Notes: generated by a model not told the origin, from the sequence alone. Positions 7,809 through 16,662 are shown, counted from the first letter of the stretch. The stretch: 24,140 nt of DNA from a virus (IMGVR_UViG_3300031452_000018:1-24140); one strand, 5' to 3'. Numbers and translations are program-made.

Positions 7809-8217
7809 CGGCGGTCCAGGCCGGGACGCCGGAGGATTCCAGCGTCAGCGACGACGAGATCTCCTTGTCGAACGGCGCCGATTCGTCGAGCTGCGTGACC
7901 ACGAACCCGCCCTGGTAGTAACCGGCACCCGGGTAGACGATCTGGCACTGGAGCAGGGCGCCTCCTTCGAAGGCGCTCCTCACGGCCCCATAGGCCGCGT
8001 CGTTCAGCCAGACGAAGTCGCTGGCCGAGAAGCTCATGGACTGCGCGGCCGCGCCGGGCAACAGTTCCTGCCAGCGGCCGACCGAGTCGGCCGAGGTGAC
8101 CTCGACCTTGCCGACGGCGCGCTTCACCTGCTTGGTGCGCAGGCCGCCGGCGGTGACGAAGGTCGAACCGGATGTGTTGACGCGCAGCAGCAGGCCGCGG
8201 CCGGGGGACGCCGACAT
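7795..8217 (-). CDS. Phage major tail tube protein (TP901-1/GTA g9-like), 140 aa
   Basis: GRGLLLRV..FVTAGGLRTK..VEVTSADSVGRWQELL..YQGGFVVTQLD..SLTLESSG. Confidence 0.9.
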   Translation of the reverse strand: MSASPGRGLLLRVNTSGSTFVTAGGLRTKQVKRAVGKVEVTSADSVGRWQELLPGAAAQSMSFSASDFVWLNDAAYGAVRSAFEGGALLQCQIVYPGAGYYQGGFVVTQLDESAPFDKEISSSLTLESSGVPAWTAGAPA

Positions 8218-8241
8218 GGGGCACCTCGTCGTTTCGGGGGA

Positions 8242-8676
8242 TCAGGGGAGCGTGGATTCGTGGCCGGCCGCGACCGTCACCGAGACGACGCCGTGCAGCG
8301 CCACCTCGTCCGGATCGCGGAACGGGCCCCGCGCCCCGGTGCAGAGCAGCGACAGCAGCGCCACGCCGGGAGCGTCGATGTTCTGCATATGCAATATACG
8401 CCGTACATGGCCCATGACGGCGCGCGGCCGGCCCAGCGTATCGCCGATCTCGTAGCGATCCCAGACGTCGAGGTCGAAATCGAGCGTCTGGGCCTCGGTG
8501 TCGGCCGTCGAGGCGTCGCGGGCCGAGACGAGCCGAATCGTGACGGAGGGCATCACGGCGCGGGCCGGTGGCGCGTCATAGACGCGGGCTCCGATCACGG
8601 CCGCGAGCGTGGCGTCGGACCGGAGCGCCGCGCCGATCGCCGCCACGACGGCGGCCTGGCGGTCGAGGGCGCTCAC
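8242..8676 (-). CDS. DUF3168 tail terminator/completion protein (144 aa)
   Basis: AALRSDATLAAVIGARVYDAPP..DVW..HGVV. Located immediately before the tail tube. Confidence 0.85.
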   Translation of the reverse strand: MSALDRQAAVVAAIGAALRSDATLAAVIGARVYDAPPARAVMPSVTIRLVSARDASTADTEAQTLDFDLDVWDRYEIGDTLGRPRAVMGHVRRILHMQNIDAPGVALLSLLCTGARGPFRDPDEVALHGVVSVTVAAGHESTLP

Positions 8677-9134
8677 GGCTTCATGCCCCGGCGCAGTGCC
8701 GCGGCCAAGACCGCAACGGCCTCGCGTCCAGCCTCGAGCGCGGCAGGGCGCAGGAAGGGGCGGGCCGTCATGCGGGCCGTTCCATATTCGAGGAACACGG
8801 CATAGGGCGCCGAGACGGTGACGGCGGCCCGGCCCGAACCGGTGTCGGCCGTCACGGCGACCGATCCCGCGAAGCGCCCTGCGGAGACTTCCCGAACCTG
8901 CTTCGCAGGCCCGGGACCCAAGCCTCCTCCGCCCGAAACGTCGGCCGGCGGGGTGCCGGGCGCCGAAGGTCCAACGCGCGCCTCGCCGTCGAGCGCCGCC
9001 CGGACATCGTCGGCGACACCCTCGGCGACATCCTGCAAAGCCGGTGTCGCGGCCGCACGGGCGGCTCCGGGGAGCGCCGCGAGGCGTCGCCGCAAGCCGT
9101 CGAGGCCCGAGATGCGGTGGGACACGGTCGCCAC
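8673..9134 (-). CDS. HK97 gp10-family neck/tail component (153 aa)
   Basis: ISGLDGLRRRL..PSAPGTPPA..APYAVFLEYGTARMTARPFLRPA. Confidence 0.9.
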   Translation of the reverse strand: MATVSHRISGLDGLRRRLAALPGAARAAATPALQDVAEGVADDVRAALDGEARVGPSAPGTPPADVSGGGGLGPGPAKQVREVSAGRFAGSVAVTADTGSGRAAVTVSAPYAVFLEYGTARMTARPFLRPAALEAGREAVAVLAAALRRGMKP

Positions 9135-9138
9135 GGCG

Positions 9139-9489
9139 TCAGACCGGGACCGCCACGGCCGTCCAGGCCGCGCCCGCGGGGTCGGTGTCGATCCGGATCA
9201 CCCGGTAGATCTGGCCCGCCACCGCAACCTCGTCGTCGAGGTCGACCGCCGCGGCGAGCCCGGCCCGGAGCACCGAGATCGTCACGGCCGGATCGGGCAG
9301 GCCGCTCGCGACACGGGCGCGGTCCGACACGGCTTCGACCATGGCCCGCACCGGGACGCCGGTGAAAGCGGCGCGAAAGCCCCCCGAACCGTCGTCGGTC
9401 GGCGACACCTTGTTCAGGGTGGCGGCGCGATACAGGCCCGCAAAGGCTGCGCCGAACACGGCCGCGAGATCGCCGTCGAGAAGCGACAT
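9139..9489 (-). CDS. Putative head-closure/head-tail joining protein (116 aa)
   Basis: Size, position, DGSGGF turn and C-terminal YRVIRIDTDPAGAAW. GGAG RBS. Confidence 0.7.
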   Translation of the reverse strand: MSLLDGDLAAVFGAAFAGLYRAATLNKVSPTDDGSGGFRAAFTGVPVRAMVEAVSDRARVASGLPDPAVTISVLRAGLAAAVDLDDEVAVAGQIYRVIRIDTDPAGAAWTAVAVPV

Positions 9490-9536
9490 GGTGGTTTCTC
9501 CGGATTCGCGAGGCCGTCATGGCGCGCCGCGTGCGA

Positions 9537-9920
9537 TCAAGGGACGAAGACGGCCGGCTGGTTGACCTTGAGCAGCGCCAGGAAGCGGCGCCCGTAGCTG
9601 GTCTCGGCGAGGATCGACGGCTCCGCCGCCTGCCGGCGCGACGTGGCGCGATCGAGGCTGAGACCGCCCGAGCGCATCGACGTGAAGCCGATCGTGCCGG
9701 CGGCGGCCGAAGCGGATTCCGCGCCGGTGCCGAGCCCGTCGAGCGTCATCGAATGGGCGGCCAGCAGCATGATGCCGATCGCGAAGTCGCCCGGGAGCCA
9801 GTGCGTGTCGACGCGCGTCTGTGCCTCCACGATGGCACCGGCAACGGCTGCGGCCGGCACGGCCGCGAAGGCGGGGAAGCGCGCGGCAAGATCGGCCGCG
9901 CTCGGGACGATGTAGGGCAT
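9537..9920 (-). CDS. DUF4054-type head-tail adaptor (127 aa)
   Basis: ARFPAFAAV..LLAAHSMTL..TSYGRRFLALL. AGGAG RBS. Confidence 0.85.
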   Translation of the reverse strand: MPYIVPSAADLAARFPAFAAVPAAAVAGAIVEAQTRVDTHWLPGDFAIGIMLLAAHSMTLDGLGTGAESASAAAGTIGFTSMRSGGLSLDRATSRRQAAEPSILAETSYGRRFLALLKVNQPAVFVP

Positions 9921-9979
9921 GGCGGTCTCCTGGCGGGCTCGGGGCCATTATCTCGTCGATGACGAGGGATCGGCCCCTG

Positions 9980-10330
9980 GCCGCGGCCTGCGGGACGGTC
10001 CTGACCATCTCGGGCGGTCCGGCGAAGTTGATCCGCTGGCGCGCCCAGGTCTCGCCGTCGCCGAGCAAGAGCAGATTGTTGATCGATTTCATCGCGGCCG
10101 CGTAGGCGAACCGCGCCGAGAGCTGCGCCGTGGTGTCTGTCGAAGAGAGGTGCTCGGACAGGTTCGGCACCGTGACGACGTCGACATCAAGCACGTTCCA
10201 CGTGCTCGTCAGCTTATATCGGGGCAGTTCGGCAACAGCCGGACTGCTCTGGCCTCGTGCATGAGTGAGGTGGCGCTGCTGGGCTCAGCGATAACCATTT
10301 CGCCGAACTTGGGACTCAGGATCGCACACG
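9980..10330 (-). pseudogene. Internal portal remnant with deletions and a ~64-nt insertion
   Basis: LSPKFGE..ATSLMHEA-[insert]-VDVVTVPNLSEHLSSTDTTAQLSARFAYAAAMKSINNLLLLGDGETWARQRINFAGPPEMVRT. Lacks both ends. Confidence 0.85.
10186..10249. repeat. Double-hairpin insertion element, copy 1
   Basis: Near-identical to 16456-16519 and absent from the intact portal copies. Confidence 0.8.
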
Positions 10331-10366
10331 ACCACGGGCCGTCTTGCTAGGGGGCGAGCATGACGG

Positions 10367-10732
10367 TCAGTTCGCTTGATCTTCCTTCATCGCTGCGAGG
10401 GTCACGGAAGCCTGCTTACGGATCTGCCCCCATCGCGGATCATCGATCAGATCTTCAGGCCGGACAGATTCGGGTGTGTTCTTGACCAAATCGTCCATCA
10501 GACTGTTTAGACGTTCCAACTCGATCGCCTCTCCGGGGTCCAGACCGTGCCCTGGTCCCGCGAGGATCCGTGGAACAAACAGGTCGTCATATGCACAGAT
10601 CGTCTCATCAGGGCTGTCGACCCAACGCCCTCCACCGCCACCAAACCAGACGGTTCTTTGGAAGTCCTCGTCAGCGATACGATCTAATTCATCAATGACG
10701 CGCCGTCTCCAGATCATCATGTCGGTCGCCAT
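10367..10732 (-). CDS. Putative immunity protein for P4 (121 aa)
   Basis: ATG at 10732 (MATDMMIWRRRVIDELDRIADEDFQRTVWF..SPDETIC..DPRWGQIRKQA), 40 nt after the P4 stop. Acidic, predicted helical. Confidence 0.75.
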   Translation of the reverse strand: MATDMMIWRRRVIDELDRIADEDFQRTVWFGGGGGRWVDSPDETICAYDDLFVPRILAGPGHGLDPGEAIELERLNSLMDDLVKNTPESVRPEDLIDDPRWGQIRKQASVTLAAMKEDQAN

Positions 10733-10772
10733 GAGGTACCCCCTTGTTCGTTCCAGCACTGAACCCGGATGT

Positions 10773-12725
10773 CTACGGCCTTTTGAATGTGAAGTCAGAA
10801 GCCGGAATATGTGCTCGGGGAGTTCCTCCCCGTTTAGAACCGCTAACCGGTTGTCCGTTGACGTCCATAAAGGCCCCATTCTGGTCCACGATATAGGGAA
10901 CTTGCTGGTGTGAATAGGGGCTATCGGGATCGGCGGGCATCGACCGCACGACGTTGTTGTCATTCTTGGGGTCGGACCATTGCAGGCCGCCTTTCCTCCG
11001 CGTGGGTCTTTCGATCCAATTGTCAGGAATGCCGGCCGGCTTGAAGACGGTGGGCGGCGTCGGGTGAGCCAGGGACGGTTCAGGTGAACGGGCCGGCGCC
11101 GAGGACAGGGGCTCCGAGGTCGCTGCCGGTGGTTGGGGAGCGATCGGCTGCTGTGGTGGCCGAACCTCTGGGGTGCCGGTCCTGGGATCACCCTGCTTTT
11201 CGGAGCCTCCATGACGGACCTCCGCTCCCTTCTCGTTGTCGCGTTCCCTCGCCCGCTCCCTCCGTCTCCTGTCCCGTTTTTTCCTGCGCCGCTCCTTTTC
11301 CAAGTGAAACCCGGCCGAAATGATCAGGGCCCCGCTTCCCTCCGTCCATCGTCCATCCGGATCGCGGGGCTGAGCCGGAAAATAGTCCGCGACCAGGCCG
11401 CTCGCGTCTCCGCCATTCGGGCCGCCTGGGTCGGTCGCACCCGTCCCCACGTCGGCGAAGATCGTCGCGGCGTTCGGATAGACCCCGTCCTCGATCAGCT
11501 GCGACTCGACGAGCCGCGCCGTGGTGTGGGCGGGCCACAGCCCGAGCCCGGCATAGACGGCGGTCGCTTGCGCCTTGGCGAGCGCCACATCGGCCTGGCT
11601 CGCGGCGTCCATCTGCCAGAGCGGACGGAACGTGAAGGTCAACGCCGCTGGGTCGATCCCCTCGGAGCGCAGGATCAGCCGGTCGAGACGCTCCAGTTGC
11701 GGTCGCAGGTCCACCTCCTGACGAGCCGAGATCATGTCGTAGTAGTTGCGCGTGTCGCTGTCGCCCGTGGCCGACAGGCCTGCCGGCGACTGGCCAAGAA
11801 GGCGGGTGACCGGGATATCGGCCGCTCCTGCCGCCACCTGCAGGAAGGTCCTGACCATCTCGGGCAGGCCGGCGAAGTCGATCCGTTGCCTGGCCCAGGT
11901 CTCGCCGTCGCCGAGCAAGAGCAGGTTGTTGATCGACTTCATGGCGGCCGCATAGGCGAACCGCGCCGACAGTTGCGCCGTGGTGTCGGCCGACGACAGG
12001 TGCTCGGAGAGGTTCGGCACCGTGACGACGTCGACCTTGGCCTCGTGCATGAGCGAGGTGGCGCCGGCCGTGGTCAGCGCCACGGCGTGGATGGCGTCGT
12101 AGAGCGCCAGCAGCACGCTGTCGGACCAGACCGAGGCCCCGACCGTCGGGTCGGGCCATTCGTTGCCGAGGAAGCGCACCACGCGCGACGGATGCAGCCG
12201 CAAGCTCCCGCGCCCGGGCGTCACCACCTCGTAGGCGACCGCCTCGCCGAACCAGGGGCTCAGCGGGTCGCGGTCGATCATCGGGGCGGCGAGCTGCCAG
12301 CGGCTCACCGCATGCAGGAACTGCACGCCGCCGCGCGGCAGCGCTTCGGGGTCGAGGGGCCGCGCCAGCGCGGCCGGGTCGGTCTCGCCCGTGCCGATCA
12401 CGATGGCGCCGCCGCCGTAGAGCCGCCCCAGCACCAGCGCCCGCTGCAGCGCTTTGCGCAGCCCGAGCCGGCGCTCGGCAGCCTCGACCCGGACCACGTC
12501 GTCGCGGTGCCCCGACCATTCGCGCCACTCGCGCACGGTGTCGTAAGGCACGATATCGACGACCTTGCGGGCCAGCCAGTCGCCCCGGTACATGCTCTCG
12601 ATCTGCCCGCGATCGAGGTCGAACAGCACGAAGCTGTCGTAAGCCGCCTTGTCCTTGCCGGCTCCGAGCGAGGCCGCGAGGTTCGACAGGCTGTCGCGCA
12701 CGCCCGCCGTGAAGGATGGAGGCAT
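10773..12725 (-). CDS. P4: full-length portal fused to basic/Pro-rich linker and predicted nuclease-type tip (650 aa)
   Basis: Complete portal from MPPSF at 12725, QPRDPDGRWT at 11343-11372. Tip GGLQWSDPKNDNNVVRSMPADPDSP..QQVPY..NG..D.NG..AHIP resembles Rhs-type toxin tips ending in an HIP motif (Ntox30-like, tentative). Confidence 0.85.
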   Translation of the reverse strand: MPPSFTAGVRDSLSNLAASLGAGKDKAAYDSFVLFDLDRGQIESMYRGDWLARKVVDIVPYDTVREWREWSGHRDDVVRVEAAERRLGLRKALQRALVLGRLYGGGAIVIGTGETDPAALARPLDPEALPRGGVQFLHAVSRWQLAAPMIDRDPLSPWFGEAVAYEVVTPGRGSLRLHPSRVVRFLGNEWPDPTVGASVWSDSVLLALYDAIHAVALTTAGATSLMHEAKVDVVTVPNLSEHLSSADTTAQLSARFAYAAAMKSINNLLLLGDGETWARQRIDFAGLPEMVRTFLQVAAGAADIPVTRLLGQSPAGLSATGDSDTRNYYDMISARQEVDLRPQLERLDRLILRSEGIDPAALTFTFRPLWQMDAASQADVALAKAQATAVYAGLGLWPAHTTARLVESQLIEDGVYPNAATIFADVGTGATDPGGPNGGDASGLVADYFPAQPRDPDGRWTEGSGALIISAGFHLEKERRRKKRDRRRRERARERDNEKGAEVRHGGSEKQGDPRTGTPEVRPPQQPIAPQPPAATSEPLSSAPARSPEPSLAHPTPPTVFKPAGIPDNWIERPTRRKGGLQWSDPKNDNNVVRSMPADPDSPYSHQQVPYIVDQNGAFMDVNGQPVSGSKRGGTPRAHIPASDFTFKRP

Positions 12726-12768
12726 GGCGTCACTCGCAGGGTTCGGGAGGCGCAAAGGCGCGTACGGC

Positions 12769-12790
12769 TTTCTCCCGATTGCGGGAGAAA
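12769..12790. promoter_or_regulatory. Intergenic perfect inverted repeat TTTCTCCCG-ATTG-CGGGAGAAA
   Basis: 9-bp stem, 4-nt loop, ~45 nt upstream of the P4 start. No long U-tract on the minus strand, so function unclear. Confidence 0.4.
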
Positions 12791-12858
12791 TGTCGGCCCG
12801 CGTGCAAGGCAAAGCAAATGCAGGAGAGGAAGCGGAGCGGCTAAGGACCCGTTGCCCG

Positions 12859-13110
12859 TCAGGGCTTCGCGCCCGCGCCGCGGGCCGGCGCCTTTTCCTG
12901 CGGGCGGGCGAGGGGCTTGTCGTCCGGCTTCGCCTCGCTCCCGGCGAGGACGTCCACCCGCACTTCGCCCGCCTTCACCCAGGCGTCGTGCACCGGGTGG
13001 CGGGCGAGGTCGAGATCGGCCGAGGCGCCGGGTTCCAGCAGCGTGGTGCCGCCGTCTGCCGTGTGGAAGCCGCGCGCGGCGCGGCCGAGGTTGGTGACGT
13101 GGACCCGCAT
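12859..13110 (-). CDS. Small post-capsid head protein (83 aa)
   Basis: MRVHVTNLGRAARGF..LLEPGASADL, directly after the major capsid gene. Alternative ATG at 13125. Confidence 0.7.
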   Translation of the reverse strand: MRVHVTNLGRAARGFHTADGGTTLLEPGASADLDLARHPVHDAWVKAGEVRVDVLAGSEAKPDDKPLARPQEKAPARGAGAKP

Positions 13111-13114
13111 GATG

Positions 13115-14056
13115 TCAGATCCCATCGTTGTAGGACATGCCGCGCGGCAGCCGCACGTCGAGGCCGCCGAGCCGCATCATGCCCGGGATGATGAATTCCA
13201 GCATGCGCTGCTGCGGCGGGAAGAATTGATGCGGCATCGGCATGTGGAACTTCAGCACCTGGGGGTCGCGCCGGTAGGTGATCATCCGGTTGGTGCCGCC
13301 CGCCCCCGCGCCCGCCAGTTGCCGTACCGTGCGGATGGTCAGCGGTTGCCCGGTCGTCGAGCTGTAGACGTTGTTGGCCTGCAGGTAGGTCATGACCGTG
13401 GTGTCGGAGGTCGCGGAGCGCGGCATCGCCGCGATCGTGCCGTACTGGGCGACCGGCAACAGCACCGTGTCATGCAGTTCCACCTGGTTCGAAGCCGACC
13501 AGGCGCCCACGAGGGCGTTGTTGACGTCGGCCAGGATCTCGGCCGGCGTCTTGTTGGCCCAGAGCGGTGAGCCGGAGGCGCCGTTCGGCACCGCCACCTG
13601 CGGCACCACCGTCTGATTGACGAGGCCGAGAAAGCCCTTCCGGCTGTCGCCCGAGATGACCACGCGCTCGACGAGTTCGTCGGCGGCGCGCTTGGCGGCC
13701 GCAGCCTTGTCGGCGTTGAGGTTCATGCCAGGGATCATCATGGCCTGGTTCACCTCCTCGAGCGAGTAGCGGTAGCCGATCTTGGCCGATTCCACCGTCG
13801 TCTCGTATTTGCTGCGGCTGAGCTCCGCGAAGGGCATGTCGCTCGCGTCGCCGTTCATCCAGTCGGCCTGGCCGACGTGGTCGTAGGTGAAATAGGTGAC
13901 GGTCTTGGCCCAGGGATAGGCCGAGGTGTCGACCGGCACGAGGCGAGGATATTGGATGTCGGCATAGCGGATCGCATAGACTTCGCTCTCGATGCTGGTG
14001 ACTTGCGAGAGCAGGAAGCCGAGCGCCGCCTGGGCGTCGGTGGTTGCGCGGAGCAT
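13115..14056 (-). CDS. Major capsid protein, DUF2184 family (313 aa)
   Basis: DAQAALGFLLSQVTSIESEVY..YPRLVPVDT..IGYRYSLEEV..GLVN..RMITYRRDPQVLKFHMPMP..GGLDVRLP..YNDGI. ATG at 14056 with AGGA RBS. Confidence 0.9.
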   Translation of the reverse strand: MLRATTDAQAALGFLLSQVTSIESEVYAIRYADIQYPRLVPVDTSAYPWAKTVTYFTYDHVGQADWMNGDASDMPFAELSRSKYETTVESAKIGYRYSLEEVNQAMMIPGMNLNADKAAAAKRAADELVERVVISGDSRKGFLGLVNQTVVPQVAVPNGASGSPLWANKTPAEILADVNNALVGAWSASNQVELHDTVLLPVAQYGTIAAMPRSATSDTTVMTYLQANNVYSSTTGQPLTIRTVRQLAGAGAGGTNRMITYRRDPQVLKFHMPMPHQFFPPQQRMLEFIIPGMMRLGGLDVRLPRGMSYNDGI

Positions 14057-14132
14057 GGTGGTCCTGACGGAAGGAGAAAGGGGAAACGTCCCGCGATACG
14101 GGCCTTCAGGCCCGGCCGAGGGGCGAGGGCGA

Positions 14133-14588
14133 TCAGCCGAGCCGCAGCTTGGCCAGGGCGGCGCCGCTGGTGGCGCTCTCCCACAGGGCGCCGGAGATCG
14201 CGGTATTGCCCGTCGCCACATTGGTGAGTTGGCCCAACGCGGTGAAATAGGCCGGCTGACCAGGCGACACGGCGGCCGCGGCGTTGACCCAAACCACGCC
14301 CTTGGTCATCACACCGACCGTCACGGTCGGGGCGAAGACATCGCCCGCTGTCGGCGCCAGTGTGGCGTCGCGGATCGCGACGCCACGGAAGGCGCCGCTG
14401 CCGCCGTTGGCCGACACAACGAGCTGCTCGGACGTGCCCTGCAGCACGGGGTCGCCGGGCGCCACCGCCACGGTCGCGGCGGGGTCGACCACGCGCGAGA
14501 CGATGTTGGTCACCCATTCGCCATTGGCCAACATGCCCAGGTAACCGGGCGACTGGAAGTTGCTGTAGCTGGTCTGGACGGCGGGCAT
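14133..14588 (-). CDS. Capsid cement/decoration protein (151 aa)
   Basis: MPAVQTSYS..GYLGMLA..FRGVAIRD..VGVMTKGVVWVNA. TGATG overlap with DUF2213; sits between maturation protein and capsid. Confidence 0.8.
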   Translation of the reverse strand: MPAVQTSYSNFQSPGYLGMLANGEWVTNIVSRVVDPAATVAVAPGDPVLQGTSEQLVVSANGGSGAFRGVAIRDATLAPTAGDVFAPTVTVGVMTKGVVWVNAAAAVSPGQPAYFTALGQLTNVATGNTAISGALWESATSGAALAKLRLG

Positions 14589-15712
14589 CAGCGGTCTCCT
14601 TGGGAGAGGTCGGGCTTCCAGGCGCCGGCCAGATAGGTGTTGCGGGCCTGGAGAGCGGAGGCGGGGGTGCTGCCGCCCGCGGCGGTGCCGCCCGCGGCGG
14701 TCACGTTGGAAAGCTGGCCGGCCAGCGGGTTGAGGGCCGGAGCGCCGGCGGTCCCGCGCAGCGTCGCGACCGTGTCGAAGGCCGCCGCCACATAGTCGTC
14801 GCCGCGGCCGCGCACGGCATCGGCGCCGAGCGCCTTCACCAGGGCGGCACGCCGGATGTCGCCGAGATCGAGGCCGCTCGGGTCGAACCCGACCCCGAGA
14901 ATGGTTCGCGCGGCATCGATCACGGCGCCGCGTTCTGCGGCGCGGCGGTCGAGTGAAGCGGCATCCGTGGCCGCGCGGGCTCTCAAAGCCGCGATCTCGC
15001 CGTCGCGGGCCGCAAGCTCGCGGTCGCGCGCCGCGATATCGGCCTGCAGTCGGGCCACCACGGCGATGGCGTCGCCGGGGGGACAGTCGATCACCGCCAC
15101 CGCGGCAACGCCGGACGTCGCGCCGGTCGCGGTATCGGCCATGGCGGCGTCGGCGCTCGCGGCTGCGGCGCCCGCGCCGATCGCGCCGACCGTGCAGGTC
15201 GGGCCGCAACGGCCCTGGTCGACGAGCGCGATGTGGTTGCCGCGGATGTTGCGCTGCACGGCGTCATAGGGTTCGCCCTCCGGGGTCAGGCCGGGCGTGA
15301 AGTCGAAATCGGCCCAGTAACCGTTCGACAGCTCGCTGCCGGCTTCCGCCCTGGCCACGGCCGCGGCGTCGGTGACGACGAGGTCGGTCGCGAAGTGCTG
15401 GCCGTCGCGCTCGACCGAACTTCCGGAGTGGCCGACCGCGACCTGCTTCCAGTTGCCGCTGTCGACCATGGCGGGCGGATGGTCGAGCGTGACGGGCTTG
15501 CCCGCGAAGGAGGCGAGGCTGGCGGGGTTGAACACTTCCACCGGCGGGCGGTAGACCCGGACCGGACTGTCCGAGGCGGCACCCGCCGGCCCGCCGATCT
15601 CGCCCGCCCGGTAATCCTGGATGCCGGCCCGCCCGATGCGGGCTCGCATCTGCAGGAAGCCTTCGGGCGTCCGCCGCCGCGACAGCGGCGTCGCTTGGTC
15701 GTGGATCAACAT
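14588..15712 (-). CDS. DUF2213 head maturation protease/scaffold (374 aa)
   Basis: RRTPEGFL..IGRAGIQDY..VYRPPVEVF..SFAGKPVTLDHP..ELSNGY..QRNIRGNHIALVDQGRCGPTC, followed by an Ala-rich coiled-coil tail. AGGAG RBS. Confidence 0.92.
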   Translation of the reverse strand: MLIHDQATPLSRRRTPEGFLQMRARIGRAGIQDYRAGEIGGPAGAASDSPVRVYRPPVEVFNPASLASFAGKPVTLDHPPAMVDSGNWKQVAVGHSGSSVERDGQHFATDLVVTDAAAVARAEAGSELSNGYWADFDFTPGLTPEGEPYDAVQRNIRGNHIALVDQGRCGPTCTVGAIGAGAAAASADAAMADTATGATSGVAAVAVIDCPPGDAIAVVARLQADIAARDRELAARDGEIAALRARAATDAASLDRRAAERGAVIDAARTILGVGFDPSGLDLGDIRRAALVKALGADAVRGRGDDYVAAAFDTVATLRGTAGAPALNPLAGQLSNVTAAGGTAAGGSTPASALQARNTYLAGAWKPDLSQGDR

Positions 15713-15818
15713 GGGTCGGCATCTCCTGGCGAGGGCTGCAGCGGCAGCCGATGGATCGACGAGCGTGCCGCGGCCGCTATGCTGGCGCGGTCTTCAATCG
15801 CCCTCAGGCGAGGCATCC

Positions 15819-16075
15819 ATGCTGCGGCACTGGCCATCGCGGGGTACCGGTCGCTGCGTGACCTGCGGGTGGCGCTCGGGCCGCTCGATGTCGTGACGGG
15901 CCCGAACGGCTCCGGCAAATCGAGCCTCTACCGTGCGCTGCGCCTCCTGGCCGAGGTCGCCCAGGGGCGGGTCGTCCAGTCGCTGGCGGCCGAGGGCGGC
16001 CTGCCGTCGACGCTGTGGGCCGGGCGGGTGGTTGAAGGCGAGGCGGCGCCGGGGTGGAAATGGCCGGAGCGCTGA
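15819..16075 (+). pseudogene. N-terminal fragment of an SMC/RecF-like (AAA_21-type) ATPase
   Basis: ALAIAGYRSLRDL..VVTGPNGSGKSSLYRALRLLA..AEGGLPSTLWAG. The ATG at 15819 is out of frame by one base and the frame ends after ~85 codons. Confidence 0.8.
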
Positions 16076-16230
16076 TCTGGATCTGCGCGCCGCCGGATCG
16101 CTTCCGGCCAAGAGAAAGGCCCGCAAGCGAGGAGCCCCGGGCCGGACCGCATCTCTGCAGTGAAGCCATATAGACTCGAACAGCCGCCCGATGTCAAGAA
16201 CAAATAGGGAACAATGCCCATAGCATGATT

Positions 16231-16662
16231 GGTATGTCGGCGGCACCGGCCGCCACCTGCAGGAAGGTCCTGACCATCTCGGGCAGGCTGGCGAAATCGA
16301 TCTGCTGCCGAGCCCAGCTCTCGCCGTCGCCGAGCAGCAGGAGGTTGTTGATCGACTTGATCGCGGCCGCATAGGCGAACCGCGCCGAGAGCTGCGCCGT
16401 GGTGTCGGCTGACGATAGGTGCTCGGGAGAGGTTCGGCACCGTGACGACGTCGACATCGAGCACGTTCGACGTGCTCGTCAGCTTACAGTGGAGCAGTTC
16501 GGCACCAGCCGAACTGCTCTGGCTTCGTGCACCAGGCTCGTGGCACCGGCCGTCGTCAGCGCCACGGCGTGCACGGCGTCAGAGACCGCCAGCAGCACGG
16601 AGTCCGACCACACTGAGATCCCGACCGTCGGGTCGGGCCAGGCATTGCCGAGGAAGCGCAGC
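16231..16662 (-). pseudogene. Internal portal remnant with insertion and frameshift
   Basis: RFLGNAWPDPTVGISVWSDSVLLAVSDAVHAVALTTAGATSLVHEA-[insert]-VDVVTVPNLS / EHLSSADTTAQLSARF..QVAAGAADIP. Confidence 0.85.
16456..16519. repeat. Double-hairpin insertion element, copy 2
   Basis: CGAGCACGT-TCG-ACGTGCTCG (16458-16478) and GAGCAGTTCGGC-ACCA-GCCGAACTGCTC (16492-16519), both perfect stems. Confidence 0.85.

Noticed and set aside
9517-10194. 225-aa ORF as a portal-neck fusion protein
   Set aside because: It starts inside the hairpin insertion and reads through DUF4054 out of frame, so it is a by-product of the remnant.
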